Part shown: piece after piece, positions 44,180-57,965 of the stretch | Numbering within the stretch: the stretch's first letter is position 1 | How the letters are laid out: each line of letters begins with the position of its first letter | Source: the human T2T-CHM13v2.0 reference genome, Homo sapiens | DNA: 64,000 nucleotides | NCBI RefSeq assembly: GCF_009914755.1 | Contig: NC_060928.1 | Direction: 5' to 3' (one strand) | The notes under the pieces: model-generated | Told to the model about the DNA's origin: nothing | Database searches by the model: none | What the model saw: the letters and a program-made list of their open reading frames with translations, nothing else | Translations under genes and position numbers: made by a program

Positions 44180-44373
44180 TCTTGCTCTCACTTACTATTT
44201 TCAGTGTGGTCCCTGGGAAGCAGCATCAGCATCACCTGGGAACCTGTTAGAAATAATTGTCAGACACCATCCCAGACCTACTGAAGCAGAATCTCTGGTG
44301 CTGGGATACAGAATTCTGTGTCTCACCAGCTCTCTAGGTGATTCTGGTGCAAGTCCAAGTTTGAGGGCCATTG
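44180..44373. mobile_element. MER5A
   Basis: gtgtggtccc..cagcatcagcatcacctggg..ccagacctactgaa..ggtgattctg..aagtttgag. Confidence 0.85.
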
Positions 44374-45279
44374 CTTTTATCAAACCATTATTTGTTGAGC
44401 CCCTTTAAATCAGGTTGAATTGGGGTTCTCTAGAGGTAAGGGGGGCTGGGTAACAAAGTGAGGCTCTCAAGTCAGGTTACCTGGTTCTCTGCAACTTCCT
44501 AGTGATGTGACCTTGGATGTCAGTTCTCTCACCTCTAAGATGGGGGAAATAAAACCTCTTCCACTGGGAGGTCGTGTGTGTCTGGCCTATGTAGTTTCTC
44601 TCTTTTCGCCACCCCAATCTATCTAAAAGGAAATTTACAGAACAGGACCTACTGTTCCTAGGGTAAAAATCTGCAAGATTGGCCACATGCAGGATGCTGA
44701 TGTTAATACCTTTTTAATTAACATTTTAAGTGGTTCTAGGTTTAAATGAGTTTGGTTCAGCCTTTAAGTCCTGAGGATAATGGTATTTTTAGCAGAAATA
44801 TGTTTTCCCATGCTGACTTACATCCAAATAGTTTCAAAGATTAGATTACAACTTTACTAAAAAGTGAAACTTAACTTCTACTTAGGTTTCCTTTGTTTTC
44901 TTTTTAAGAGAGAGGAAGAATAGATCATCAAGGTTGATTTTTTTTTTTTTGTATTTGTAATTCAGGATTGGGCAAATGTTTAAAAACTAATAAAAATGAT
45001 TTGAGCATTTTAATTATTTTCTCTTAAGGCAGAACATTTTTTACTCACTTCCATGTTACATTGATATCTGCTTATAAAAAAATATACCTTTATAGCAGAA
45101 ATTTTAGAAAATACAGAGAAACATGAAGAGGAAAGCAAGCACACATATCCTACTGCCCAGATAATCACTGTGAATGTTTTGGTGTATTTCTTTGTGGCTT
45201 TTCTTCCTGCTCACATGTGTAATGGTTGATATGTATCTATATTTAAGATGTTTTAATGAAATCACACTCTACTGTTTTT

Positions 45280-45677
45280 ATCACCCTGCAGAGGCAGGAT
45301 GGACTCCCCCCAACCCAAAATTTGGTTCAGATGTCAAAACTGATGATGTCACACATACATCTTAAGAGGGTATGGAAAGGTTTCTTGCATAATGAGGCTT
45401 TCTAGAAAGAGCAGAGTAGGATTCCAAGGAAGTCCATAAATGGCTTGAGAAAGCAGGGAAAGGAGACTAGCTTGGGGTTTTTATCGCAGTTAGAGTGTGG
45501 GGCTGAGTGGAGGGCTCCTGCACACAGACTGAACACTGCATGGTTTGAACTTCTCACTGGTGCACTGGGGTTTTCTTATCAGCTTGTCCAGATGTGGAAC
45601 CAAATGGAAAGGGCAGTCACGGGGCTTGAAAGTTGTCAGCAGCCAAACGTCAAAACTGGAATTAGACTCTTAATTAT
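45280..45677. mobile_element. LTR-like insertion within old L1 remnant
   Basis: ~400 bp GC-richer block interrupting AT-rich L1-like sequence; family not identified. Confidence 0.4.
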
Positions 45678-46971
45678 ATGTAGTTTTGCATCTTTCTCTT
45701 AAATTTAGCATTGTACTTTCTGTGCTTGAGAGACAAAGCTTAAACCAAAAGCTTTACTGTCAAACTAGATTGCTTTTGACATTGGCATCTTGTGGCTATG
45801 CCAGTGTTTCTAGTGACTAATCATTTATTTATTCATATTCTAGAAGAAAAGGATGTATGGATTAAAAACATTGACTTTTTTTTTAATAAAACAAACAAAA
45901 GAGTGTGGAATAAGAAAACAGAGCATACTATATATCCCAAAAGCAATATATCCAAAAGTTTTCCTTGAGAAAAAAAAAAACCAGCTTGCTCAGGAAAGAG
46001 AATACAGATTGTTTTCTCTTTGTAAGTATATTTGAATTTTTTATGATCAAACATGACTCTCAATTTACTGCAAAATACGACTGCAGAATGTGTGAGTCAT
46101 GTATCTAATCTGCTTTGAAATATTGTTCCTAAAGAACATAGGTACTTATAATCCTGTACAATCCACAGTTGGAGTCCACACCTTGTGACAACAAAAGACA
46201 ACTCAAATCAGCTTCAAGCATGGATCATAACTAACCGCGGGGCTATTTTTTCCATCTGTAATAAAGAATGTTCCAACATCTTTAATAATCGAAGATAATC
46301 CTCTGTCGTCATCTTGAGCATCTAGGTTATAAAAATACATACAGTGCTTTGAAGAAAGGTTCTGGTCCACTGGTGTCACGTGAAGGTCAGATTATGGAAA
46401 ACTGGCATTGTTACAACAAGAAATGAAGGCTGCTCATGTTTTCTCTGGGTATTTGGAATAAAGTATCTCATAGTTTCCAACTTGAAGATTTAATTAAAGG
46501 CATAAGGAGTGATTAATTCTAAATGCTCATCACTGACAATGACTTGCCATATGTTAGAGAAACACCTATTGAAATGAATGAGGGAAAAATGTTTGGTTTC
46601 AGATTGAAGGTCTCCTGAAAAACGTTTTGAGTGTTCAAACATTTTGAACAGAATAATCAGAACAATTTGGAATGTCTTATTCCAAGATAAAAAGCACATT
46701 TTTTAAAAAAAAGATATTTGGTAGAAATATTAGCCAATCCTATTTATCCACTTTTATGCAAAAGAACTTGTCATCTCTGAGAAATAAAGGGGGTATGCTT
46801 TTTGAACTGAAGTGTAAAGATTGGCAATACAGTGTCAAAATAATAGCTAGATGGGGGAGATATAAGACAGGAGGATGCGGGTGGGGATGAATCAGTTGAG
46901 AAGAAATGCTCTTCATGGTTTTGCATTTGGAGAAACATGTGCTGCTCATAATTCCCCTACAATGCCTGGCA

Positions 46972-47026
46972 ACCATGCATCTTAGGCCACCATGCATCTT
47001 AGGCCACCATGCATCTTAGGCCACCA
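46972..47026. repeat. Perfect 17-bp tandem repeat, 3.2 copies (accatgcatcttaggcc)
   Basis: Three identical units read directly. Confidence 0.95.
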
Positions 47027-49490
47027 AATTATGAGGAGCATCCAAGTATGTTCTCTAAATTCAAAACATTGGGAATGGTCCAGAGGTGCCTCTGGTGGTT
47101 GCCATCTCCAGAACTCCCCCTTCAAGTTTCTTTGTTGGTCACCAGGGAACCAGGTCAGAGTTGAACTTATCCTCCATCCTCCTGGAAGCCCTGTGTACTA
47201 ATCTTGTTGAGATTTTTGGCCACTCAATGGCTTTGGCTTCAAATTGCCTTTCCAGTTTTTCACCCTCAATAAAAACTTCTTCATCCTTCCCAGGCATACA
47301 AAACAACCTGAATGAACTTGTTCACACTAAGGTAGGGGTAGAGAAACTGTGCAGGCTAAGACAAAGGCTATGGTGACTGACAGCATTAGAGCAAGGGTTA
47401 CCCAGAATCCCAGGAGATACCCCTGGGCTTCTTCCAATTGAGTCTCCTAGTAAAGAATCTTGGAGACTGGGTCTTTACTACCATCTCTTTGTTCCATAAG
47501 TCCAGTATTGAGAAGTCAGTGAGAGATTAAAAATTATTGTGTCAGCCTCTTATCTCTCAGGCCAATAGCCATCTTGTGACTACCCAAGGCACTTGGCAGG
47601 AGCCCTGGAGCCCAACCTCAGATCTTAGGCTATGGCTAGCCTCATCCTCACCTTGCTTCTTCAGGCTACCAGTGTATGCTGGGCTGGTGAAACACTGGGC
47701 AATCCACCCAATTGCCCATCAGAAACCTTTGTTATGGACATTCCCAAATCTTCTCACAGTTTCTTCTCACTGTTGACATACCAAAGAGACATTTCCAAGA
47801 CTGTCTACTTCTGCTTTCCTCCGCCTACAAAGCTCCTAAGGCCTCCAGTGACAACATGCTTGAGTATCCTTATATCTCTTGGAGAGCAGGTTCATGTTCT
47901 GATACTAAGCACTTTCTGAATTTATGAGAAGAAAAGTAGTTCTCTGCCTTGGGGAGCATTGGCTAATAATTTTTAGATAATTAAAAACTGCCATGATATA
48001 CATTCATACTAAATCCCAGCTTATGTTACTCTCCAGTATCAAAGGGTGAATGTTGACCATGAAAATAATGGTAACAATAACCACAATTTATTATTGCTTA
48101 TTATTGGTGCCACACGCCATGCTAAGCATTGGGCCTAGGTCCTCCCTAGTTCTCCCAATATCCACCAAAAGAAACTGCTTCACATGAGTTAAAACTGAGG
48201 CTCAGAGTGGTGCAGGGACTGGCCCAAAATCACATAGCCATTTGAAATGTTAGAAGCCATTTCAGATCTAGGTCTTTTTATCTCCCTACCCACTCTAGCT
48301 ATTATTTTGACATGGCATTGGTAGTTTTTACAATCCAATTCAAAAGTGTCTCTAGGATGACAAATTCAATAAAGGGAAAAAGTAGGGATAGCCTAACATT
48401 TCTCCCAAATAGTTGCTTCTTTTTCTTTTTAAAATTAAACTTTTAAAAAATTAAATAAAAGTAAGATAGACCTTGCTGAAATATGCAAAGGACTTCAGAG
48501 AACAAAATGGCACCCAAGAACTGTAAGAGCACAGCGTTGTTTTGGCAGGATGAAGTCCAACAATGTACATAGAAAAGATAACCATGTCAATAGTTAGCAG
48601 TGACACAAGTTAACTATTACTACAATGACAATGATGACGATGATGATGACATAGTTATTCCTCTCAAGAAGTTCTCTGTCTAGTGGAGGAAGTATTCAGG
48701 TAAACAAAAGATCATAGTACAGTGTGGCAAAAATAATGCACAAAGTGTGAGCAGGACTAGAAAAAGAACTCAATCTGGATGGGCAGGTGTTTGGGTGGGG
48801 ACCACGGCATTGCATGCACACACAGACGTACACTGTGTGTGTGTGTGTAGAGATGACTGTAAATACAACTGCTTGTCTGTTCATATATGTGAACAGGAAC
48901 AGATTCAGTTTCAGACAACTGCTGCTTTTATCATTCCTTTTCTTTGTGCCACATAGCACTGGGGTCTTTAGGAACTTTTTAGAAATACCACTTTGGCTGC
49001 TATTGAAGAGTATTTTGGATTTGTATTCCACTCACCAGAGGCTTCCATTGTAATACACAGGGGTAGGCAGGCAGAATGGAAAGAAAAAGAATAATGGTTT
49101 CTTAGGAAACTGAACACTACATTTCCTGTGATTACAATCTCAAGGCTAAAGCTCCATGCTCATTACAGGATTTTCTTGACAGCAGTGTGTCCCTGTCAAA
49201 AGGTTTTGAAAGAGTTTGAAATTAGGGTTTCTTTGGGTTCCAGGAGGCACTGGCTCAGGAGTTTGGCAAAAGACCCTTCATCTGCTGACATTTCTTGAAT
49301 GGCCTCGTTTAAGCCTAGCCACCTTGCCTCTTGCTCCTGGGACGTGGCTGCCCATAAAAGCAGGGTGAGTGCTCAGTCATTAGCCAGTTGTCAGTGAGTA
49401 TTCAATGTCGCCAAAGTGCTGGGCTAGGCTTTGTGAGGGACACCAGATCCCAGTTCTTAGAGCTTCCAGTCTAGTTAAAGAAGTAGTACC

Positions 49491-49679
49491 AGCCGGGCAC
49501 GGTGGCTCACACCTGTAATCCCGGCCCTTTGGAAGGCCGAGGCAGGTGGATCACGAGGTCAGGAGATCGAGACCATCCTGGCCAACACGGTGAAACCCCA
49601 TCTCTACTAAAAATACAAAAAATTAGCCAGGCATGGTGGCCAGTGCCTGTAGTCCCAGCTACTCGAGAGGCTGAGGCAG
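49491..49679 (+). mobile_element. 3'-truncated AluSc/Y-like element
   Basis: Alu stops at ggctgaggcag, no poly-A tail or 3' TSD. Confidence 0.88.
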
Positions 49680-49844
49680 TGCCTAAACTAGAAAAGGAGA
49701 AGTATTTCACTGGGCCAACATCGGGGGGTGGTGCTGCAAACACAGTGTCACAGGACTTTGAAGGTGGGAGAGAGCTGTCTTGCTGCATGTAGGTTTTTGG
49801 GGATGGGCAAGTAAATGGATAGATAGCCAGTTGAAAGGATGGTA

Positions 49845-50005
49845 GCATGAACAGGTGGGTGGATAGGTGGGTGGGTGGGTGGGTGGATGCCTGGATGGAT
49901 GGATGGATGGATGGATGGATGGATGGATGGATGGGTGGGTGGAAGGATGGAAGGATGGCAGCCAGATGGGGCCGAATGGCCGGTTGATGAATGGGTGGGT
50001 GGGTG
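49845..50005. repeat. (TGGA)n/(TGGG)n simple repeat
   Basis: ggatggatggat run flanked by gggt units. Confidence 0.95.
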
Positions 50006-50049
50006 CATGAGTGCAGCAGCATTACACAGTATCTTTGAAGTCAATTAGA

Positions 50050-50235
50050 CAAGAGTTGCTCTTCTGCCATTTACTAGCTACATGACCTCAGGAGATTTAA
50101 TTAACCCTTTCAAACACAATCGCCTCACTTATAAAATAGGAGTGATAATACTTGCCTTGCAAGCTTGTTGAGAAAATTGAATGTGACAAGGCTTGTGAAG
50201 CACCTGGCATGTGGTAGACACATAATAAAGAGGAA
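50050..50235 (+). mobile_element. MIR
   Basis: ctgccatttactagc...aaaataggagtgataatac...cacctggcatgtggtag. Confidence 0.75.
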
Positions 50236-50239
50236 CTAG

Positions 50240-50535
50240 TTTTTTTTTTTTTTTTTTGAGATGGAATCTTACTCTGTAGCCCAAGCTGGTGTGCAGTGGT
50301 GCAATCTTGGCTCACTGCAACCCCTGCATACTGAGCTCAAGCATTCTCATGCCTCAGCTTCCCAAGTAGCTGGGACTACAGGCACGTGCCTCCAAATCTG
50401 GCTAATTTTTTGTATTTTAATAGAGACGGGGTTTCACCATGTTGCCCAGGGTGGTCTCAAACTCCTGAGCTCGGGCAATCCACCCACCTCAGCCTCCCAA
50501 AATGCTGGGATTACAGGCGTGAGCCACAGCGCCTG
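50240..50535 (-). mobile_element. AluJb/S-like
   Basis: Dimeric Alu with poly-T. Confidence 0.9.
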
Positions 50536-52199
50536 TCTAAAACTAGGTTTATTAATATGAATAATGATCTAGAAAAGTTTCCAGGTGGACATGGGATTAC
50601 AGCCAGGCCTGAAGAAAGGACCGGATGGAGATGGATGGAAAAGAGGAAAAGGGCGGTCTCTGACGAAAGGGCAGCACTATGAGAGTGTGTGCCTGGAAAA
50701 GCTAGAGTTGCATCTGGTGTCACTGAGGGGGCTCCCAGAGCCACAAGTTTGTGGGGCTGGAAAGGCAGATTGAAGCCTGAGTGTAGAGGACTTGACATGC
50801 TTTTCATGTCAAGTCACGAGATTTGGCTTTTCCCTGGAGATTCATGGAGGTTACTGAAGGTTCAGAAGGAAGTAGGAACGTTCCCTCTGGACCCCCTTTC
50901 CTCTAAGCCTGACCTTGACAACATCCGGACTTCCTTTGAACTTGGAAGCTCCTGGCTTCTTACAGTATTTATAGTTCCCCTTACCTTTTACAAGAAGCTG
51001 TGGACTTCCTGTGCCCAGGACAGCTGCAGGACTCTGGCAGCCAGCACTCTCCTCCCTCCCCAGGGAGCAGCTGAAAGACTGCTGCCTACAGAAACTCTCG
51101 GCTGACAGTTAAGAAGCAAGTGATTTTTAAAGATTAGATGATACAAAGGGAAGCAAGTCCCCTTAAACCTCCTTTGTCAAATAAATGCTACCTGTGAATC
51201 AGAGGAGCGATCTGCTGTGACTCACCCTTTCACAAGCCTCTGCAGAGAAGGCCGGCTGCCAGCTGATTTTCACGGCATGGTTCCAGGTGACTATGGGATC
51301 CCAGGGGCCCTGGGTTCAGGGGAGGGGCTGTGCTTTACCACCAAGCAAACCACACAGGGGGGCTGACACAGGAACCAAGAGGGTGCCTGGAAGGTTTCCT
51401 TCCATAGGAGGCAGCAGAGTCAAGGGGAGCGGTTCTGTTTTGCTTTTGGAAAGCAAGAGCATTAGAGCTGAAAAGTGCCTAGAATCCACCTCTTCTTAAT
51501 GGGAGGTTCCCGGATACTCATCAGGAAGTTTGTAAACTGCAAAATTAGGTGGGTATGTGCATTTTGTGCAAAGAGGGCACATAGTTTTAATCAGATACTC
51601 TTGGTTCTAAGATCCTCTCTCTATGTTGTGACACCTAAACTCCTCATTTTGCCCACAGAGCATGATTCAGTGATTTGTTCAAAGCCACACCACCAGTGGA
51701 TAACAGAGAAGAGAGAGAAAGCAAAGTCATTAGGCCTCTTTCTGCTGCCCTGGCCCCATGAGAGAACCTACAATAAGCAATCTGCTGTGACATTCTGAAC
51801 ATAGCCCCCTAGACAGAAATTAAATGTGTCAAGAAGGACCACTTTGAAAACCTTTGTGCCACCAGCCCCTTCCCTCCTTCCAATTAGCCTACTCCCACCC
51901 CATGACCCTACCTACCTATCAAGTCGGCTTCCTGTTAAGAGGACAACATGCTCTAGAGACAAGTATTTGCAGTTGGAGGATCCCTGAAGCTGCCTCTCAA
52001 ATTCTCAAGCACTTAGGGTGGGAGTCGCTGAGCTACTGGCCTTCTTGGCTGAACATTTCAGGGGAAACAGCAGATTGAGAGTAAGCAAGTAAATGGGAGC
52101 ACCCTGGAGTTGCTGGAAGTCATTGTTACCTTTTTTTCCCTTTTTTCATTTATGTGGATGGGTAGTTGTCACCTCAAATTGACCTTAGTGTATCTTCAA

Positions 52200-53660
52200 C
52201 ATAGTTGTAATGTAAGGAACCCACAGTTTGAAGACTAATAACTTGGGTTTGAATCTTAGCTCCATCATTTATTGCTAATTTAACTTTGAGCAAGTTTCTT
52301 AAACTTCTATACCTTGGTGTTCCCATGTGTAATTGAGTACTTGGCCTTTGGCAGAGATTGGTAAGTGCCAATTAAAACCAATTCCTGGCCAGGCAGCCAG
52401 ACTGCTCTTTCTAGCCCAGCCTCCCTTGCAGTTAGACTTGCTGTGTGATTAAATTATCTAGCCAATAGAATGTGGGCAGAGGATGATGTGTCACTTCCAG
52501 ATCTGGCCCATAAAAATTTTCTGGGTTGGGCAAAGGACATGAACAGACATTTTTCAAAAGAAGACAAAACAAATGGCCAAGAAGCATTTGAAAATGTTCA
52601 TCACTAATCATAAGGGAAAGGCAAATGAAAACCACAGTGAGATATCATCTTACACCAGTCAGAATGGCTATTATTAAAAAGTCAAATATAGCAAATGTTG
52701 GTGAGGATGCAGAGAAATGGAAATGCTTAAACACTGTTGATGAGAATGTAAATTAATATAACCTCATGGAAAACAGTATGGAGACGTCTCAAGGAATGAA
52801 AAATAGATCTACCATTTGATCCAGTAATCTCACTACTGGGTATCTACCCAAGGCAAAAGAAATCATTTTACCAAAAAAATTTGTTTATCACAGAACTATG
52901 CACCATAGGAAAGTCATGAGTCAAAGTGTTCATCAATGGATGGCTGGACAAAGAAAATGTGGAGTATACATACCATGGAATACTATGCAGCCATAAAAAA
53001 TAATGAAACCATGTCTTTTGCAAAAACATGGGTGGAATTAGAGGCCATTGTCTTAAGTGAAATAACCCAGAATCAAAAATTTAAATATTGCATGTTCTCA
53101 TTTAAAAGAGGGAGCTGAATAATGTACAGACATACAGCGTGAAATAGTAGACACTGGAGACTTGGAAGGGTGAGAGGGTGGAAGGAGGGTGAGGAATGAG
53201 AAATTTCTTAATGAGTACAATGTAAACTATTCAGGTGATGGCTACACTAAACACCCAGACTCCACTAGGCAATATATCCATGTAACAAAACTGCACCTGT
53301 ACTTTCTAAATTTATAATAAACAAAACTTTCTGGGTGGTCCTCCGCACTCTCTCTTATTCTATCTGCTGGCTGAGGTTACTTCAGAGGACTCTGAGGCCC
53401 TGCGGGATGATGGTGCCATCAGATAAGAGGAGCCTTGGCCTCTCAATCACCATGTGGAAGGCTGCCTTCCAAACACCTCCACTGAACTGTTACTTGAGTA
53501 AAAATAAATTTTATTGTGTTAAGATACTGAGAAGTTAGGGTGAGTTTTTTACAGCAGTCAACCTGCCTCATAGGTTGTTATAAGAATTAAATGAAGTCAC
53601 ATATGTGACTGGAACTAGAATAGTGTCTGGAACATACCTGATGAGCTATAACCATGATTG
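52200..53660 (+). mobile_element. Nested MIR > MLT1 LTR > L1PB-type 3' fragment (L1 at ~52525-53323)
   Basis: MIR halves at 52200-52380 and 53565-53660; MLT halves at 52395-52520 and 53330-53565; L1 TSD aaaa.tttctgggt. Confidence 0.75.
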
Positions 53661-54404
53661 ATATTACCGTGATGGATGGATGGATGCATAAATAGATAGA
53701 TATTGAGAGAAAGAGAGACAAAATTATGTTTAGGGGTTGCAAAGGCAGTTGGCCACAGAGTTTTATTTCTTAGATTATCACCAAGATAATATTAAATTTT
53801 ACTGTACAGCTGTAAAGTTTGCATTCTGGAGGCAAGAGATGGCATTACAGAAAAATATGTTGAGCCATTTATTAGTACTTTCCTATGTTTCTTGAAGAAA
53901 AACAAAAATCTGTCACTTTCCTCAAAGAGATATAGTCTGAATGAGACAGACAACTTAAACATTTTTTTCAGCCAAATGGAGTTTTATGCAAAAATATTTT
54001 CACTTTTCTATTCAAATAATTATTAAAATAATTTACTTATATGGGAAATGATAAGGTGATACTGACATTTATTTATGGTAACTGAGTCTGCCTGTGGGGT
54101 AGAGCCTGTTCCAAATGTCGGGTGTCCCTTAAACTCCAAGGTCATCTTTAGCTCTTTTCTTGACAACTACAGTGACCTCCTACTGGTCAACCTGCTCCTA
54201 GTTTTCTCTGCATCCTCTCTGTGCACTCCCAAATCCATTCTCCACACTATCCCCAGAACAACTGCTCTAAAACTCTTTGTCACCAGTCTCTTCCCTGCTC
54301 CAAACCCTGCATGGCCCTTGGCTGCTTCCCACAGAGAATCTCAGACTTTTCTAGAGAAGAGCCACCATGGTGGAGGAGAATAAACAGCACCATTCATCCT
54401 GCAG

Positions 54405-55700
54405 TCATTGATTCGATTCATTCAAACATTTTTTGAGCACTTGCTATGAGCCAGGGGATACAATGGTGAACAAAATAGACAAAAAGGTCCCTCACAGAGC
54501 TGACCTGTGAATGAGCAAGGAGAGTCCAGCTCAGTGAGGCCTTGAGGACCAGCTGGCTTTTCCCTGAAGTGGAAGCCACTAAAGGGTTCCGAGCAGAGGC
54601 ATGGCATGATCTGATTTATGGATTGAAAGGATCACTCTGCCTGGTAGCTGGACAACAGCCTGAAATGGCAAAGGCAGAAGCCAGGAGACCAGTTGGGAGC
54701 CCAACACAGTAATCTTGGCAAGAGATGATGGATGACGGCAACTTGGGCCAGGGTGGCACCAGGGAAAATTCTGGATATATTTGGAACATAAAGCCGAGAC
54801 AATTTTCTGACTGATTGTAGGGTATAAGAGCAAAAGAAGAATCAATAAAGACTCATGGCTTGAAGCCTAACAATAGATAAGATAGAGCTGCCATTTAGTG
54901 AACTGGGACAGGAGCAGTTTTACTGAGGGAAGATGAGTTTCCTTTTTGAGTGTATTAAGTCTGAGATGCATATTAGACATCCAAGTGGGGATGTCAGGTA
55001 TGCAGTTGGATCAGGGGAAAGGTCCAAGCTGGGGCTATCAATTTGGAAGTTGTCAGCCTATAGATGATATTTAAAGCTGTGAGACTGGCTAAGATCACAG
55101 ATCAGAGCATGTGGATGGACAGAGCAGCCATCAGAGGGGACCCTCATACTAGGTGGTCTGGGAATTCAGAAGAACCAGCAAAGGAGGCTGAAAAGAGGTG
55201 ACCACTGTGAGACAAGACCTAGCAGAATGTAATGTCCTGGAAGTCAATGAAGAGTATTCCAGAAGAGGTTTATGCATTTTTTTTTCTATGCTAAGAATAA
55301 ACTCTTTTTTTTTTTATCCTGGTTGTTGTGTGTAACGTAATTAGTTCATTTCCATTGTTGTATAATATTCCAGTATATGAATAAACCATACTTATTATTA
55401 AAAAAAAGAAGAGGTTTATACATTCTGTCAGTTTCTGCTGCTGAACAGTGAGCTGAGGGCAGATAACAGCATTAGATTTGGCAACGTGGAAACTACTAGG
55501 GACTTAACAGAAGTGAAATTGGAGCAAAAGACTGATTGGGTGGATTCAAGAAAGAATAGGATGAGAAGAAATGGCAATGGCAAATTTAGACACCACTTTT
55601 TGAGTGAGTTTTGCTATAAAGGAATCTGATGAAACAGGCCCAGCTGGAGGCGAATATGGGGTCAGGAAAAGGCCTTAAGGTGGGAAAAGTATATCTTAAT
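54405..55700 (-). mobile_element. L2 (3' end at left)
   Basis: ttcattcaaacattttttgagcac terminus; tagacatccaagtggggatgtcagg. Confidence 0.8.
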
Positions 55701-56429
55701 TGTATATCACCAGAACATCTGGGATGCATTGGCTGAAGCAACCTGCGTAAGCATACGATTTCTTTGAAGTCTTAAAGATGCACTTGAATTTTTCCTTTTA
55801 TTCTGAACAATATCTGTTTTAATTTATAAGTACTCTATTCTCTCCAAGTCCTTGAGTACAATGGATCCCCCAGAAGAAACATACTGTATTTGTCCTATTT
55901 CCCTGCAGTACTGCAAAGGCTATGCATACACTAGTCTGAGAAGCTGGGTTCCAGCCAGGCCTTCCAGGCCTCTGCTCCTGAGCACAGCTCCTTCCTGTCC
56001 TCCTTCCTCTACCCTGGCCAGGCTGGGCTCTTTGCAGCCTTCCTGTTTTTCCAGGAAAATGGGCCTATTAAGGATGTGGTTCTGTAACCAAAAAATTAAG
56101 CAATTCTGCCTTTCTCCCAAGTCAAAAGTTCAAACTGCATCCAGCTTTTAATTAAAAGTTACTTTTTCCCCCCTGATATTCTTAAATAAATACCAACATC
56201 TAACAGACAACCAGAAGACTTGGAGGACCAAGTAATGTGGAAGTTGCAGTGCTGAAGAGGCCAAGGGATGGGCACTTCCAAGAAGGAGGAAGTCAGGAAC
56301 AGTGAGGGATGCACCTGGGAAAGCCAGAGAGGTACGACCTGAAATGTCTGGGGTGACTAGTCCTTCTCGGCCAGGAGACCCGCTTCTCATGGAAAATGGC
56401 ACCAGGTGGTCTGTGTCAGTCAAAATTCA

Positions 56430-57260
<831 letters not shown>

Positions 57261-57965
57261 AGGAGCAAAAAGAAATATTGATATCTGTTCTATCCTACTA
57301 ATCCCAATTTACTTTTAAAGAAAAAAATTCTTATTTTAGCCAAGAATTGCTGTTATTTATATTTTCAGGTTTATTTCATTAATTCTTTCAAACTTGAAAT
57401 TAAATTTTTTAAAAGTAAGAAAATAAGCCAGGAGAAATTATAAGGTGAAATTAGTAAGACAAAATCAAACATTACTGAAATATAAACCAATAAAAATAAT
57501 GAAAGAATAAATGAAAATAAACTATTTGAAAAGATAAATAGATTAAATGAACTTCATCAAGGGTAAAAGAGGGTAAAAACATGTAAGTTTAAAAATAAAA
57601 AAGGAGGTACAACCATGTTACAGAAGAAATTAAAAGTCATAAATCGATACAAAGTGAAAACAAAAAAGTATGATCTTTTAAACAATATACAAAATATCAA
57701 AATTAATCAGAAAAGAACTGGGAAATTTTTTAAAAAACATTAATTGCCATAGAGAATATGGAAAAGGTGACTTTAAAACTAACATTGAAACAGACAGTAA
57801 TACCAGATGGTGTCATAGCTGAGTTTTAACTTTTACAAACAGATAGTTAAAATGCTACTTAAATAATTCTAGGCCATAGAAAATTTTTTTAAAGTTCTGT
57901 AATTCAGTAGTAAAAGAAGAAAACAGCAGATTAATTAAATATAACTGCAAAAATAAAAAATCAGC

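Noticed and set aside
41810-44373. Palindromic segments suggesting structured RNAs
   Set aside because: Explained by the intrinsic terminal inverted repeats of MER5-type MITEs.
46972-47026. Short direct repeats as a CRISPR-like array
   Set aside because: No spacers between units and a human genomic context; it is a plain tandem repeat.
47138-47300. Minus-strand ~52-codon frame MPGKDEEVFIEGEKLERQFEAK... after an AG acceptor
   Set aside because: No recognisable homology or clear donor; length expected by chance.
49507-50044. 171-aa and 98-aa His/Pro-rich ORFs
   Set aside because: Translation of the (TGGA)n repeat and adjacent Alu.
50689-51105. 138-aa ORF on + strand
   Set aside because: Non-ATG start, no recognisable domain or splice context.
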